Origin: Ramlibacter sp.
Lineage (GTDB): Bacteria > Pseudomonadota > Gammaproteobacteria > Burkholderiales > Burkholderiaceae_C
DNA: 61,991 nt
Direction: 5' to 3'
Assembly: GCA_028291885.1 (NCBI GenBank)
Contig: JAQGNJ010000300.1
Coordinates: 1 to 61,991, forward strand
The position numbers were made by a program, and so were the translations under genes. Of this stretch, positions 44,380-55,724 are shown piece after piece; position 1 is the stretch's first letter; each line of letters starts with the position of its first letter. The notes below the pieces were generated by a model. It ran no database searches. It had not been told where the DNA came from and saw only the letters and a program-made list of their open reading frames with translations.

Positions 44380-45710
44380 GAAGCATCGCCGAGATCGCGG
44401 CCCGCCTGCAGGGTTATGACCCGCAGGCGCTCAGCGCCGATGCCGTCAATGCCTTCCTGGCGCAGCTGGTCGAGCCGGTGCGGGACACCGAGGAAGTGGC
44501 CGTCTTCGAGGCGCTCGGCCGCGTTCTCGCCGACGACCTCATCTCCCCGATCAGCGTTCCGCCACACGACAACTCCGCGATGGACGGCTATGCCTTCGAC
44601 AGCTCGCAGCTGCGGCCGGATGCGCCGTTGGCGCTGGAAATGGTCGGCACCGCGCTGGCCGGCAAGGCCTGGCAGGGCTCGGCCGGGCCAGGGCAATGCG
44701 TGAAGATCATGACCGGCGCCATCATGCCGGCGGGACTGGACACGGTCGTGCCGCAGGAATTTGCGACGGTCCGGGCTGAGCCCTTCGACGGAGCTCAGGG
44801 CGGGCCTGTCGAAGCCGGCGCGAGCACTTCGACAGGCTCGGTGCGAACGGTCGTTTTGATCCCGCCCAATCTCCTGCAAGCCGGCGACAACCGCCGCCTC
44901 AAGGGCGAGGACCTGCACCAGGGCCAGCCGGCGCTGCTCGCGGGCGAGCGGCTGCTGCCCGCGGCGGTCGGACTGGTGGCGAGCCTGGGACTGAAGACGG
45001 TGAAGGTCCGGCGCCGGCTGCGCGTCGCGTACTTCTCCACCGGCGACGAGATCCTGAGCCTGGGAGAAGCGCCACGCGAAGGCGCCGTGTACGACAGCAA
45101 CCGCTACACCGTGTTCGGACTCCTGACGCGCCTGGGCTGCGAGGTCATCGACATGGGCGTGGTGCGCGACGAGCCTGCCCTGCTGGAAGCTGCATTTGCC
45201 CAGGCGGCGCAGCGCGCCGATGCGATCATCACCAGCGGCGGCGTCAGCGTCGGCGAGGCCGACTACACCCGGGCGATGATGAAGAAGCTGGGCGACGTGG
45301 CCTTCTGGCGCATCGCGATGCGGCCCGGCCGGCCGATGGCCGTCGGACGGATCGGCGACGCCGTCCTGTTCGGACTGCCGGGCAATCCGGTGGCGGTGAT
45401 GGTCACCTTCCTGGCTTTCGTGCGCCCGGCGCTGCTGCGGATGATGGGAGCGAACGCCGCCAACCCGCCGCTGCTCAAGGCGCGGAGCATGGAAGCGATG
45501 CGCAAGAAACCGGGACGCACCGAATACCAGCGCGGCATCGTGACGCGGACGCAGGACGGGTCGCTCGCGGTTCGCACCACCGGCAACCAGGGCTCGGGCG
45601 TGCTCAGCTCGATGGTGCAGGCGAACGGCCTCGTCGTCCTGCACCACGGACAAGCCAGTGTCGCTGCGGGCGACGAGGTGGACGTGATGATGTTCGAGGG
45701 CGTGATCTAG
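44376..45710 (+). CDS. moeA: Molybdopterin molybdotransferase carrying an in-frame repeat insertion
   Basis: SAMDGYA, IMTGA, STGDE, SGGVSVG, GLPGNP. Confidence 0.96.
   Translation: MRSIAEIAARLQGYDPQALSADAVNAFLAQLVEPVRDTEEVAVFEALGRVLADDLISPISVPPHDNSAMDGYAFDSSQLRPDAPLALEMVGTALAGKAWQGSAGPGQCVKIMTGAIMPAGLDTVVPQEFATVRAEPFDGAQGGPVEAGASTSTGSVRTVVLIPPNLLQAGDNRRLKGEDLHQGQPALLAGERLLPAAVGLVASLGLKTVKVRRRLRVAYFSTGDEILSLGEAPREGAVYDSNRYTVFGLLTRLGCEVIDMGVVRDEPALLEAAFAQAAQRADAIITSGGVSVGEADYTRAMMKKLGDVAFWRIAMRPGRPMAVGRIGDAVLFGLPGNPVAVMVTFLAFVRPALLRMMGANAANPPLLKARSMEAMRKKPGRTEYQRGIVTRTQDGSLAVRTTGNQGSGVLSSMVQANGLVVLHHGQASVAAGDEVDVMMFEGVI
44767..44850. repeat. Palindromic element copy inside moeA (nested)
   Basis: GGGCTGAGC[CCTTCGACGGAGCTCAGGGCGGGC]CTGTCGAAG...CTTCGACAGGCTCGGTGCGAACGG. 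Confidence 0.85.
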
Positions 45711-45729
45711 CCCCCGCTCACCCGGGCGG

Positions 45730-45909
45730 TTACTTGTTCCTGAGGAACTCGCGGACCTTCCCGGCGCGGTCGCCGACGGCCTGCACGGCCTCCTTCAGGC
45801 GCTCGGGCGTGGTGTTCAGGCTCTTTGCCCAGTCGCGCAGCTCGTAATCCTGGTGGACGTTGATGCGCTCGCGGTCCTGGCCGCCGGATTTGTTCTTGTC
45901 GTCGGACAT
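45730..45909 (-). CDS. DUF3606-domain protein (59 aa, not in ORF track)
   Basis: MSDDKNKSGGQDRERINVHQDYELRDWAKSLNTTPERLKEAVQAVGDRAGKVREFLRNK; GGGAG SD. Confidence 0.88.
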   Translation of the reverse strand: MSDDKNKSGGQDRERINVHQDYELRDWAKSLNTTPERLKEAVQAVGDRAGKVREFLRNK

Positions 45910-45933
45910 GCGGATCTCCCTTGTTGTCGATCG

Positions 45934-46146
45934 TTACTCGTTGTGGCCGGAAGACTCCGACCCGCTCTCGCCTGGATGGTCCGGCCGGTCCTGGTTCCCG
46001 GGGTGCCCGTGGGCCGTCCCCTTTTGCGCCTTGAGCCGGTGCAGCGCCTTGTCCAGGAGGTCGCGGCGCACCTCGAGCGGCAGCGCTTCGTCCGTCCATG
46101 ACGGCTCGTCGTCGGTGGGCCATACGCCCGAATGTTTCGTCCCCAT
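45934..46146 (-). CDS. Small hypothetical protein (70 aa)
   Basis: ORF between a promoter motif and the DUF3606 gene. Confidence 0.55.
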   Translation of the reverse strand: MGTKHSGVWPTDDEPSWTDEALPLEVRRDLLDKALHRLKAQKGTAHGHPGNQDRPDHPGESGSESSGHNE

Positions 46147-46281
46147 GGCTGGACTTTAGGCCCAGGCCACGCGCTGGGCGTAGGAAAGCCAGGGCGTCGA
46201 TCCGTGGGACATTTCCGACAGCGTCATAGCGTCGCCGACACGAGCCGGCGGCGTTGCACCCTGGCCGCTTACCATCGAGCG

Positions 46282-47277
46282 ATGCTCCAGCGCTCCACCG
46301 CAACCCCGTCCATCTCCTGCGTCATCCCCGCCTTCAACGAGGCGGCCAGCCTAGCCGCCACCCTGGACACGATGCTGCGGACGCTGCGGCCGCTGTCGCG
46401 GCGGATCGAGCTGATCGTGGTCGACGACGGCAGCAAGGACGCGACGGCGCAGCTCGTGGAGCAGCTGCGAGGGGAATATCCCGAACTCGTGCTGCTGCGC
46501 CTGTCGCGCAATTTCGGCAAGGAAGCGGCGCTGACGGCCGGCATGGAAGCGGCAAGCGGCGACCTCGTCCTGTTCGCCGACGCCGACGGCCAGCACCCGC
46601 CGGACCTGGTCGCGCCGATGCTGCAAGGCTGGAGGGACGGCGCCGACGTGGTCTACGCCGTGCGCCGGGTGCGCGACGACCAGTCGCGGCTGCACCGCCG
46701 CATGATCAAGACCTTCTACCGGCTGATCAACTGGGGCAGCGCGATCGACATTCCCGCCGGCGCCGGCGACTTCCGGCTGATGGACCGCAAGGTGGTCGAG
46801 GCGCTCAAGGCGCTGCCGGAGCGCAACCGCTTCATGAAGGGCTTCTACGCCTGGGTCGGTTTCCAGAGCCTGGCCCTGGACTACGAACCCTTGCCGCGGG
46901 CGCAGGGCCGCACGCATTTCGGGTTGCGCAGCGCCTTGCGCCTGGCGATGACCGGGATGCTGGCCTTTTCGACCGCACCGCTGAGGGCCCTGAGCGTCAT
47001 GGGCTTCGTGCTGGCGCTGGTGGCGCTCGGCTACGGCGCGTGGGTGATCTTCGAGCATTTCTACTGGGGCATCGAGGTGCCGGGCTTCGCCACGATCGTG
47101 GTCGCGATGATGTTCCTCAGCGGCGTGCAGCTGCTCTCCATGGGCGTGCTGGCCGAGTACGTCGGCCGCATCTACGACGAGGTGAAGCGGCGGCCGATCT
47201 ATCTGGTCAGCGAGCGCAAGGGCGTGGGGCTGGCCCCGGAACCGGCGCCGCATTCCAGCGGGCCAGAGACTCGCTAG
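46282..47277 (+). CDS. GT2 bactoprenol glycosyltransferase (GtrB-like)
   Basis: VIPAFNE, VDDGSKD, SRNFGKE, DADGQHP, GDFRLMDR, two C-terminal TMs. Confidence 0.93.
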   Translation: MLQRSTATPSISCVIPAFNEAASLAATLDTMLRTLRPLSRRIELIVVDDGSKDATAQLVEQLRGEYPELVLLRLSRNFGKEAALTAGMEAASGDLVLFADADGQHPPDLVAPMLQGWRDGADVVYAVRRVRDDQSRLHRRMIKTFYRLINWGSAIDIPAGAGDFRLMDRKVVEALKALPERNRFMKGFYAWVGFQSLALDYEPLPRAQGRTHFGLRSALRLAMTGMLAFSTAPLRALSVMGFVLALVALGYGAWVIFEHFYWGIEVPGFATIVVAMMFLSGVQLLSMGVLAEYVGRIYDEVKRRPIYLVSERKGVGLAPEPAPHSSGPETR

Positions 47278-48034
47278 CCGCGTCGCTGCGCCAGAACTCG
47301 AACTCGCGCACGCGCGCCGGCCCGATCGGATCGTCCGGCTCCGCCCGTGTCGCCGGATGGCACATCAGGATGGCCCCGGCCGGCGCGTCGCGCAGCCAGC
47401 CATCCACGCGGGCCGCGTAGTCCGCCTCCGTTCCCTCGAAGCCGTACATGCCCACCAGCACGGGGCTGGCAGGCCGCCCGGATTCCCCCAGTGCGCTTTC
47501 CAGCGCATTGGCGCCCATCGCGGCGACCACCCGGCCCTTGAGGCCGGCGCCCAGCGGCCGCGAGATACGCAGGGACGGCCCGGCGCCACGGCCGTACCGG
47601 CGATCCAGCACCTCGAGCAGCGGCTGCCGGATGCCGGCGAACTGATGCACATGCTGGTGGCCGTCGACGTGGTCCGGCGCGGACTTCCACTGCGCCTCGA
47701 AGGCGTCCAACTGGCGCTCGATCACGCCGGTCACCTTGGCGGCATCGAATCCTCCGGACAGGGAGCGAGCCATCGCCCCGGCCAGCGACAGGCCGTGGCC
47801 GGCCCCGATGGCGAGCGGACTGGTCCAGTCCAGGTGCAGGCCGACGCCGATGCGCTCGCGCACGCCTTGCAGCAGCGCCGCGTCGCGTCCCCAGCGCGGC
47901 GACAGCACCATGGCGCTGGTCGCGCCGAGCCGTCCCTGCGTCGCGAGTTGCGCAATGGCGGCCGACACGGCCTCGCTCAAGGCAAAGTCGTCGGCGCAGA
48001 CGATGACGGGCTTCGCATGAAGGGGCGGCTGCAT
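47207..48034 (-). CDS. ChbG/HpnK (YdjC) family deacetylase
   Basis: CADDFA, VGLHLD, DGHQHVH, LMCHP; convergent overlap with the GT2 gene. Confidence 0.88.
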   Translation of the reverse strand: MQPPLHAKPVIVCADDFALSEAVSAAIAQLATQGRLGATSAMVLSPRWGRDAALLQGVRERIGVGLHLDWTSPLAIGAGHGLSLAGAMARSLSGGFDAAKVTGVIERQLDAFEAQWKSAPDHVDGHQHVHQFAGIRQPLLEVLDRRYGRGAGPSLRISRPLGAGLKGRVVAAMGANALESALGESGRPASPVLVGMYGFEGTEADYAARVDGWLRDAPAGAILMCHPATRAEPDDPIGPARVREFEFWRSDAASESLARWNAAPVPGPAPRPCAR

Positions 48035-48063
48035 GGCCCGATGATGCGAAGGCCCGCCCTGCC

Positions 48064-49104
48064 TCATTTCATCAGCCCGCGCTCGGTCATCCACTTCTGG
48101 ATCAGCGCTGCGACGGCGTCCGAATTCCTGTCCATCATCACCATGTGGGAGTTGCCGAAATACCCAAGTTCCCGCAGCGCCAGCTTGTCGCCGACGCCGC
48201 CGGCGGTCGCGAGGTTCTGGCGGAACTTTTCCTGGCGCGCCACGATGGCTTCCCAGAACGGGTACTTGTAAAGGTTGTCGCCCCAGACCCAGAGCATGGG
48301 AATGTCCTTGAGCCGCCGGAAGTCGGTGCGGTCGGGATCGGGACTGCCCGAAGTTTCCACCGCGATGATCGCCTTGATCTTGCCGGGCCGGTTGAGCGCC
48401 GACTGGAACGCGAAGTTGCCGCCCTGGCTGTGGACCAGGATCACGCAGGGACAGGCTTTGTCGACGTACGCGTCGTAAGCGGCCTGGGTGGCGGCGTCGT
48501 TGGTCGCCCAGCGCGGGATGCTCTGTTTCGCGAACTGGTCGAAGGCCTGCGTCGGAAACATGGTTCCGGGCAATGCCTTGCGCTGGCTCGCATCGGCGCT
48601 GTAGGAGCCGGTTTCGCCGATGCGAAACAGCTCCCAGGCTTCCTTCTTGGTCCGGAAGAACGGCTCGCTCTGGAAGATCTCCGGATAGCGGGCCCAGGAC
48701 GCGCGGCCGCGTTCGACGGCGTCGCTGATGTAGACGTCGTGACCCGCATTCAGGAAGAAGCTTTCCCAGCCCGGTGCGCCGTCCGGCTTGGTTTCGAAGG
48801 TCACGCCCGCGAGGCCGCCGCCGTGCCACATCAGCAACGGGTACTTCGCCTTCGGGTTGGCCAGCCGGGTGTAGCGGGCATACAGGGCTTCGACTTCGAA
48901 CTCGCCGTTGGGGTCGACCTTGATCGGCGGCGAGCCGGGTGTCGGGGTCAGTTCCTTGGGCGGCAGGCCCGAGAGCGTGACCGACCGTCCTCCGACGTGA
49001 TAGCTGCCCACCTCCTTGACCATCAAGGCCGATGGTGTCGAACAGGCCACCAGGCCCAGGGCGCTCGCCGACGCGAACGCCAGCCGGTAAATCCACGATT
49101 TCAC
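48064..49104 (-). CDS. Alpha/beta-hydrolase lipoprotein (esterase)
   Basis: Lipobox LVAC; HGGG, HSQGG nucleophile motif, GNSHM. Confidence 0.85.
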   Translation of the reverse strand: MKSWIYRLAFASASALGLVACSTPSALMVKEVGSYHVGGRSVTLSGLPPKELTPTPGSPPIKVDPNGEFEVEALYARYTRLANPKAKYPLLMWHGGGLAGVTFETKPDGAPGWESFFLNAGHDVYISDAVERGRASWARYPEIFQSEPFFRTKKEAWELFRIGETGSYSADASQRKALPGTMFPTQAFDQFAKQSIPRWATNDAATQAAYDAYVDKACPCVILVHSQGGNFAFQSALNRPGKIKAIIAVETSGSPDPDRTDFRRLKDIPMLWVWGDNLYKYPFWEAIVARQEKFRQNLATAGGVGDKLALRELGYFGNSHMVMMDRNSDAVAALIQKWMTERGLMK

Positions 49105-49193
49105 TGCAGTCTCCTTGTTGTCGAATCGATCACGCGAACGCGCATTCTGCCGAACTGCTGCGCAAGCCGGGCCGGCAAGCCGGACTCAATGCA

Positions 49194-49212
49194 AACGCGA
49201 ATTGTTCTCATT
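49194..49212 (+). promoter_or_regulatory. Fur box upstream of TonB-dependent receptor
   Basis: AACGCGAATTGTTCTCATT next to -10 TAGAAT. Confidence 0.75.
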
Positions 49213-49315
49213 CTGGTTAGAATCCGCTTTTCCGGCCAGCCACCTGCCCCAGCGGCGCTTTAGCCAGCCTCTTTTGACCACCGGTCCGCACCGCGGACCC
49301 AGATCGGAGGCCATC

Positions 49316-51508
49316 TTGGCAAATTGCGTCGCATCCCGCTCCCCGTCCCCGGCCCGCCCGGAATCCGCCTCCCCGACCCGCGATGCGGCGCTGCTGCCGC
49401 TGGGCGCGCTGCTGCTCGCCGCGTCCGTGTCCGGCTGGGCGCAGACCGAGACCGGCACGCTCGCGCCGGTGGTGGTCAAGGAAAAGCGCGATCGCGAGAC
49501 CCAGACCTACCAGAGCGGCGTCACCAGCGTCGGCAAGACGCCGTCGGCGGCCAAGGACATCCCGCAGTCGCTGACCGTCGTCAACGACAAGCTGATGCAG
49601 GACCAGGGCAAGGACTCGTTCAAGGAGGCGCTGCGCAACGTGCCCGGCATCACCTTCGAGGCCGGCGAAGGCGGACGGATCGGCGACAGCATCCGGCTGC
49701 GCGGGTTCAGCGTCTCGGGCGACATCTACCTGGACGGCATCCGCGACATCGCCCAGTACAACCGCGACACCTTCAACTACGACCGCATCGAGGTGCTGCG
49801 CGGCTCGGCGTCCATGCTGTTCGGACGCGGCTCCACCGGCGGCGTGGTCAACCAGGTCAGCAAGGTGCCGCGCCTGATCACCGAGCACGAAGTCAACGTG
49901 ACGGTGGGCGACGGCAACTACCTGCGCACCACCGGCGACTTCAACATCCGCACCGGCGACGCCGCCGCCCTGCGCATCGGCACCATGACCACCGACTGGG
50001 ACGGCCGCGCCGGCAAGGCGTCGACGCAGCGCCGCGGGCTGGCGCTCGACTACCGCCTGGGCATCGGCACGGCGGACGAATTCCTCTTCAGCCTCTACCA
50101 CCTGAACTACGACGACAAGCCGGACCTGGGCGGCCGCTGGCTGGAGCTGCGCCCGGCGCCCTTCCCCGCCGACAAGTGGTACGGCGCCGATTCGGACTAC
50201 CAGCGTGACAGCGCCGACATGGCGACGGTCATGCACACGCACCGCTGGGCCGACGGCAGCAGCCTCAAGACCACGCTGCGCGACGGCCGCTTCAAGCGCG
50301 ACCTGTGGGCGACGCAGATCAACGGGCTCGCCGGCAGCGTGACGCAAGCCAACTTCGGCGCCAACACGGTGGTCCCGCGCGGCACGCAGACCCGCGCCGG
50401 CGAGGAGCACCACACCTTTTTGCAGAGCGACTACCTGACCACGACGCAGTGGTTCGGCCGCAAGAACCAGTTGCTGCTCGGCGCCGACCTGGCGCGCGAG
50501 CGCTCGGCCCGCGACGGCTACACCCGCATCCCGGCGCGGCCGTCGACGACGGTGGGCCTGGCCGACAACAGCCCCCTGGTGGACACTCGCATTCGCGTGC
50601 GGCAGACCGAGTTCACGTCGACCGCGCTGGGCCTCTACGCGCAGGACACGATCGCGATCACGCCGCAGTGGAAGCTGGTCGGCGGCGTGCGCTACGACCG
50701 CTTCTCCGGCGACTTCGACCGCTCCGGCAACGCCGCGCCGAACAACACGCCGCTCTCGCGCAGCGACGGTATCTGGAGCAAGCGCTTGGGCGTGATGTAC
50801 CAGCCGCGCGACGAGGTGACCTACTACGCCTCCTACGGCACCTCGTTCAACACCTCGGGCGACCTGTACCAGTACGACGCCAACAGCGCCAACACGCCGC
50901 CCGAGAGCAGCCGCAACATCGAGATCGGCGCCAAGTGGGAGCTGTGGGACGGCGACCTGTCGCTGCGCACCGCGCTGGCCCGCACCGACAAGTTCAACGA
51001 GCGCAACACCGACGTCAACCAGGCGACCGGCGAATTCCTGCTGTCCGGGCAGCGCCACACGGACGCGCTGGAATTCGAGGTCGCGGGCCGCATCAACCCG
51101 CGCTGGGACGTGTTCGCGGGCATCGCCTTCATGCGCGCCGTGATCGACAAGGCCGGGTCTTCCGCGGCGGCCCAGGCGACGGTGGGCCTCAACCCGGGCC
51201 TGACGCCCAGGCGCCAGGCCAATCTCTGGACCACCTACAAGCTGACGGAGAAATGGCGCGTCGGCGGCGGCTTCACCTACGCCAGCGAGAACAGCCCGAT
51301 CTCCGCCAACGCCGCTGCGCTCGCGAACCGCGCGCCCGGCTATACGCGCTGGGACGGGATGCTCGAATATGTCTACAGCGAGAACCACAGCTTCCGGCTG
51401 AACGTCGACAATCTGACCAACAAGGCCTACTACAGCTCCCTCTACCAGGCCTGGCCGAGCGTGGCGCCGCTGCGCACCGTGAGGGCCACCTGGACCGGGC
51501 ACTTCTGA
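49316..51508 (+). CDS. TonB-dependent siderophore receptor (Fiu/PiuA-like)
   Basis: DIPQSLTV, LRNVPGI, RIEVLRG plug motifs; terminal Phe; GGAGG SD before TTG. Confidence 0.92.
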   Translation: MANCVASRSPSPARPESASPTRDAALLPLGALLLAASVSGWAQTETGTLAPVVVKEKRDRETQTYQSGVTSVGKTPSAAKDIPQSLTVVNDKLMQDQGKDSFKEALRNVPGITFEAGEGGRIGDSIRLRGFSVSGDIYLDGIRDIAQYNRDTFNYDRIEVLRGSASMLFGRGSTGGVVNQVSKVPRLITEHEVNVTVGDGNYLRTTGDFNIRTGDAAALRIGTMTTDWDGRAGKASTQRRGLALDYRLGIGTADEFLFSLYHLNYDDKPDLGGRWLELRPAPFPADKWYGADSDYQRDSADMATVMHTHRWADGSSLKTTLRDGRFKRDLWATQINGLAGSVTQANFGANTVVPRGTQTRAGEEHHTFLQSDYLTTTQWFGRKNQLLLGADLARERSARDGYTRIPARPSTTVGLADNSPLVDTRIRVRQTEFTSTALGLYAQDTIAITPQWKLVGGVRYDRFSGDFDRSGNAAPNNTPLSRSDGIWSKRLGVMYQPRDEVTYYASYGTSFNTSGDLYQYDANSANTPPESSRNIEIGAKWELWDGDLSLRTALARTDKFNERNTDVNQATGEFLLSGQRHTDALEFEVAGRINPRWDVFAGIAFMRAVIDKAGSSAAAQATVGLNPGLTPRRQANLWTTYKLTEKWRVGGGFTYASENSPISANAAALANRAPGYTRWDGMLEYVYSENHSFRLNVDNLTNKAYYSSLYQAWPSVAPLRTVRATWTGHF

Positions 51509-51520
51509 TCGACACACGCC

Positions 51521-52201
51521 ATGCTGCTGCGGATTGCCCAGGCCCTGACGGCCGATGAACTGCGCCAGGTGCGCGGGCTGCTCGAGACCGCCGACTGGGC
51601 CGACGGCCGCGTGACCGCCGGCGACCAGAGCGCCGGCGTCAAGAACAACCGGCAGTTGCCCGAGGAATCCGCGGCGGCGCAGCAGGCGCGGCACATCGTC
51701 TCCGTGGCGCTCGCGCGCAACCCGATGTTCGTCACCGGCGCGCTGCCCAGGAGTGTCTATCCGCCGCTCTTCAACCGCTACGGCGGAACCGCCAACGACT
51801 TCGGCGACCACATCGACAACGCGGTCCGCACCCATGCAGCAACGGCGCGGCACGTCCGCACCGACATCGCCTGCACCCTGTTCCTGAGCGACCCGGCCGG
51901 CTACGACGGCGGCGAACTGGTGATCAACGACACCTACGGCGAGCAGCGGCTGAAGTTCGAAGCCGGCGACCTGGTGATGTACCCCGGCACGTCGGTGCAC
52001 CGGGTCGAGCCGGTCACCCGTGGCGAGCGCCTGGCCTGCTTTTTCTGGATCGAGAGCATGGTGCGGCGCGACGACCAGCGCCGCCTGCTCTACGACCTGG
52101 ACATGGCGATCCTGGCCCTGCGCCAGCGCGGCGACTCGGCCGAGACGGTCAAGCTCACCGGCTGCTATCACAACCTGTTGCGGATGTGGGCCGACGTCTG
52201 A
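51521..52201 (+). CDS. piuC: PKHD-type Fe(II)/2OG dioxygenase
   Basis: [36 protein letters not shown]. Confidence 0.93.
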   Translation: MLLRIAQALTADELRQVRGLLETADWADGRVTAGDQSAGVKNNRQLPEESAAAQQARHIVSVALARNPMFVTGALPRSVYPPLFNRYGGTANDFGDHIDNAVRTHAATARHVRTDIACTLFLSDPAGYDGGELVINDTYGEQRLKFEAGDLVMYPGTSVHRVEPVTRGERLACFFWIESMVRRDDQRRLLYDLDMAILALRQRGDSAETVKLTGCYHNLLRMWADV

Positions 52202-52260
52202 ACCGCCCCGCCGGCGCGGCGCAGGTGCAACAATTCCGCAACCAGATACAAGGAGTCCCC

Positions 52261-52737
52261 ATGCAAGGCGATCCCCAGGTGATCCAGCATCTTCAGGCCC
52301 AGCTGCGCAACGAGCTGACGGCGACCAACCAATACTTCCTGCACTACCGCATCCTCAAGCACTGGGGTTTCGAGCTGCTGGCCAAGAAGGAATACGAGGA
52401 GTCGATCGGCGAGATGAAACACGCCGACCGCCTGATGGAGCGGATCCTGATGCTGGGCGGGCTGCCGAACCTGCAGGACCTGGGCAAGCTGCTCGTCGGC
52501 GAAACCGTGCCCGAGGTGCTCGAGTGCGACCTGCAAAGCGAGCGCGGCGCCCAGGCGGCCGTCAAGGATGGCATCGCCCATTGCGAGACCGTGCGCGACT
52601 ACGTCTCGCGCGAAATCCTGGAAGCCATCCTCACGGACACGGAGGAGCACATCGACTTCCTGGAAACCCAGCTGGACCTGCTCAACCAGGTCGGCCTGCA
52701 GAACTACCTGCAGTCGCAGATGGGCGCGACGAGCTGA
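52261..52737 (+). CDS. bfr: Bacterioferritin
   Basis: NELTATNQYFLH, ESIGEMKHAD (heme Met), EEHID. Confidence 0.97.
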   Translation: MQGDPQVIQHLQAQLRNELTATNQYFLHYRILKHWGFELLAKKEYEESIGEMKHADRLMERILMLGGLPNLQDLGKLLVGETVPEVLECDLQSERGAQAAVKDGIAHCETVRDYVSREILEAILTDTEEHIDFLETQLDLLNQVGLQNYLQSQMGATS

Positions 52738-52781
52738 AAAAACAGGCAGTTTTCGGCCCCGTGGTGGGAATGGGTATTGCA

Positions 52782-52800
52782 AATGCGATCGATTCGCATT
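52782..52800 (+). promoter_or_regulatory. Fur box in bfd-tonB promoter
   Basis: AATGCGATCGATTCGCATT between -35 TTGCAA and -10 CATAAT. Confidence 0.78.
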
Positions 52801-52844
52801 CATAATGGCAACACTTCATTTCAAGTTGTCCAGGTCCCGCCACC

Positions 52845-53090
52845 ATGATCGTCTGTGTCTGCCGCCGTGTTTCCGACCGTGAGATTGCACGCCATGCCCG
52901 CGCAGGCATGGATTTCGACGACATCCAGTTCGAGCTGGGCGTCGCCACCCAGTGCGGCCAGTGCGAAAGCTGCGCCCGCGACGTGGTGGCCCAGTGCAGC
53001 GCGACAGGCCCGATCGCCGCGATCCACCTGTGCGACGGCATCCGCAACAGCCAGGCCTGGAACGCCCAGCCCGCCTCGGCCCAAGGCTGA
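52845..53090 (+). CDS. bfd: Bacterioferritin-associated ferredoxin
   Basis: MIVCVC...CGQC. Confidence 0.92.
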   Translation: MIVCVCRRVSDREIARHARAGMDFDDIQFELGVATQCGQCESCARDVVAQCSATGPIAAIHLCDGIRNSQAWNAQPASAQG

Positions 53091-53093
53091 TCG

Positions 53094-53837
53094 TTGTCCG
53101 GTGCGGCCCATGCGCCCGCACTGATCCATCGCCTTCCCCCAATGCCCGCCGTGCGTCCCCTGTCCCGCAACACCGCCATCGCCGGCAGCGTCGTGCTGTT
53201 CCACGTCGCCGCCCTGTGGGCGCTGCAGACCGGGCTGCTCCGGCAGGCCATCGAGGTCATCGTTCCGGTGTCGGTGATGAGCGAGATCACGCCGCCGGAG
53301 CCGAAGGTGGAGCCGCCGCCCCCGTCGCCGCCGGCCCCTCCTAAGCCGATCCCGGTGGAGAAACCGGTCGTGGCCCAGAAGGTGCAGCCCCGGCTGCCAC
53401 CGCCGCCACAGCCGGTCGCCATCGCCGATCCGACCCCGGCGCCGAACGCCCCGACGGGCGTGCTGACGCCACAGCCGCCGCCGCCACCGATCGCGGCTCC
53501 CGTCGCTCCACCCGCGCCCGCCCCCGCGCCTGCCGCGCCGCCGGCACCTGCAGCGGTCGAGCTGCCGTCGAAAGACGCCGATTACCTGCAGAACCCGAAG
53601 CCGGCTTATCCGCCGATCAGCAAGCGCCTGGGCGAGGAAGGCAAGGTGCTGGTGCGCGTCCTGATCGGCGCCGACGGCACTCCGCAGAAGGCCGAGTTGC
53701 GGCAATCCAGCGGCTTCGACCGCCTCGACCAGTCGGCGCTGGCGACCGCGATGCGCTGGCGCTACGTGCCTGGCAAACGCGGCGGCGTGCCCGAGACCAT
53801 GTGGTTCACCGTTCCGATCATTTTCGTGCTGGAGTAG
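53094..53837 (+). CDS. tonB: Energy transducer TonB
   Basis: TM with His, Pro-rich linker, [15 protein letters not shown]; start may be ATG 53142. Confidence 0.93.
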   Translation: MSGAAHAPALIHRLPPMPAVRPLSRNTAIAGSVVLFHVAALWALQTGLLRQAIEVIVPVSVMSEITPPEPKVEPPPPSPPAPPKPIPVEKPVVAQKVQPRLPPPPQPVAIADPTPAPNAPTGVLTPQPPPPPIAAPVAPPAPAPAPAAPPAPAAVELPSKDADYLQNPKPAYPPISKRLGEEGKVLVRVLIGADGTPQKAELRQSSGFDRLDQSALATAMRWRYVPGKRGGVPETMWFTVPIIFVLE

Positions 53838-53844
53838 AGATTCA

Positions 53845-54558
<714 letters not shown>

Positions 54559-54559
54559 C

Positions 54560-54973
<414 letters not shown>

Positions 54974-54979
54974 CGCGCG

Positions 54980-55168
54980 ATGGAAAACCGCACCTCGGAC
55001 ACCACGGCGCCGCAGCGACTGCACAGCGAGAAGGAACCCGCGGCGCGGCCGCCGGTGTTGACGAGCAGTGAGCTGCTGCAGGGCGGGCGGTTCGTGGAGA
55101 TCCGCCACAACGGCGAGGTCTACCGCCTGCAGGCCACCCGGCTGGGCAAGCTCATCCTCACCAAGTGA
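54980..55168 (+). CDS. hemP: Hemin uptake protein HemP
   Basis: IRHNGEVYRLQATRLGKLILTK. Confidence 0.92.
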   Translation: MENRTSDTTAPQRLHSEKEPAARPPVLTSSELLQGGRFVEIRHNGEVYRLQATRLGKLILTK

Positions 55169-55174
55169 TCCGCC

Positions 55175-55582
55175 TCAGAGGCCGATCGCGGCAATGCCGG
55201 CCCGGGCGATCTGCGCGTCCTCGGTGGACTTGACGCCGCTGACGCCGACGGCGCCGATCACGTTGCCGTCCTTGACGATGGGCACGCCGCCTTCGAGCAT
55301 GGCCTTCAGGTGCGGCGCGCTCAGGAACGAGGTCCGGCCGCCGTTGATGATGTCCTCGTAGACCTTGCTCTCGCGGCGCCCGAGGGCCGCGGTATTGGCC
55401 TTGCCGGGCGCGATCTGGGCGGAAATCGGCGCCGCGCCGTCCAACCGCTGCAGCCAGAGCAGGTGGCCGCCATCGTCGACGACGGCGATGCTGACCGCCC
55501 ACTTGTTCTTCAGGGCCTCGGCCTCGGCAGCCGCGGCGATGGCCTTGACGTCGGCCAGTTCGAGGAATGATTTGGTTTTCAT
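55175..55582 (-). CDS. GlcG/HbpS heme-binding protein
   Basis: IAVVDDGG, KANTA, GGVPI...GAVGVSG. Confidence 0.92.
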   Translation of the reverse strand: MKTKSFLELADVKAIAAAAEAEALKNKWAVSIAVVDDGGHLLWLQRLDGAAPISAQIAPGKANTAALGRRESKVYEDIINGGRTSFLSAPHLKAMLEGGVPIVKDGNVIGAVGVSGVKSTEDAQIARAGIAAIGL

Positions 55583-55724
55583 TGGTTGCGTACTCTGTAG
55601 GACAGCGGAGCCCGAGCATAACGCCGCGGCCGGCACATCCCGTGCCGAGCCGGCGCTTGACGCCCGGCCCTTGAACCAACCTAGAATGGTCACATCTAAC
55701 TGCCATTGGCAACAGGAGACTTCC

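Noticed and set aside
55596-55602. TCCTACA upstream of the GlcG-like gene
   Set aside because: Only 13 nt from the ATG, leaving no room for the N20-22 plus -10 architecture.
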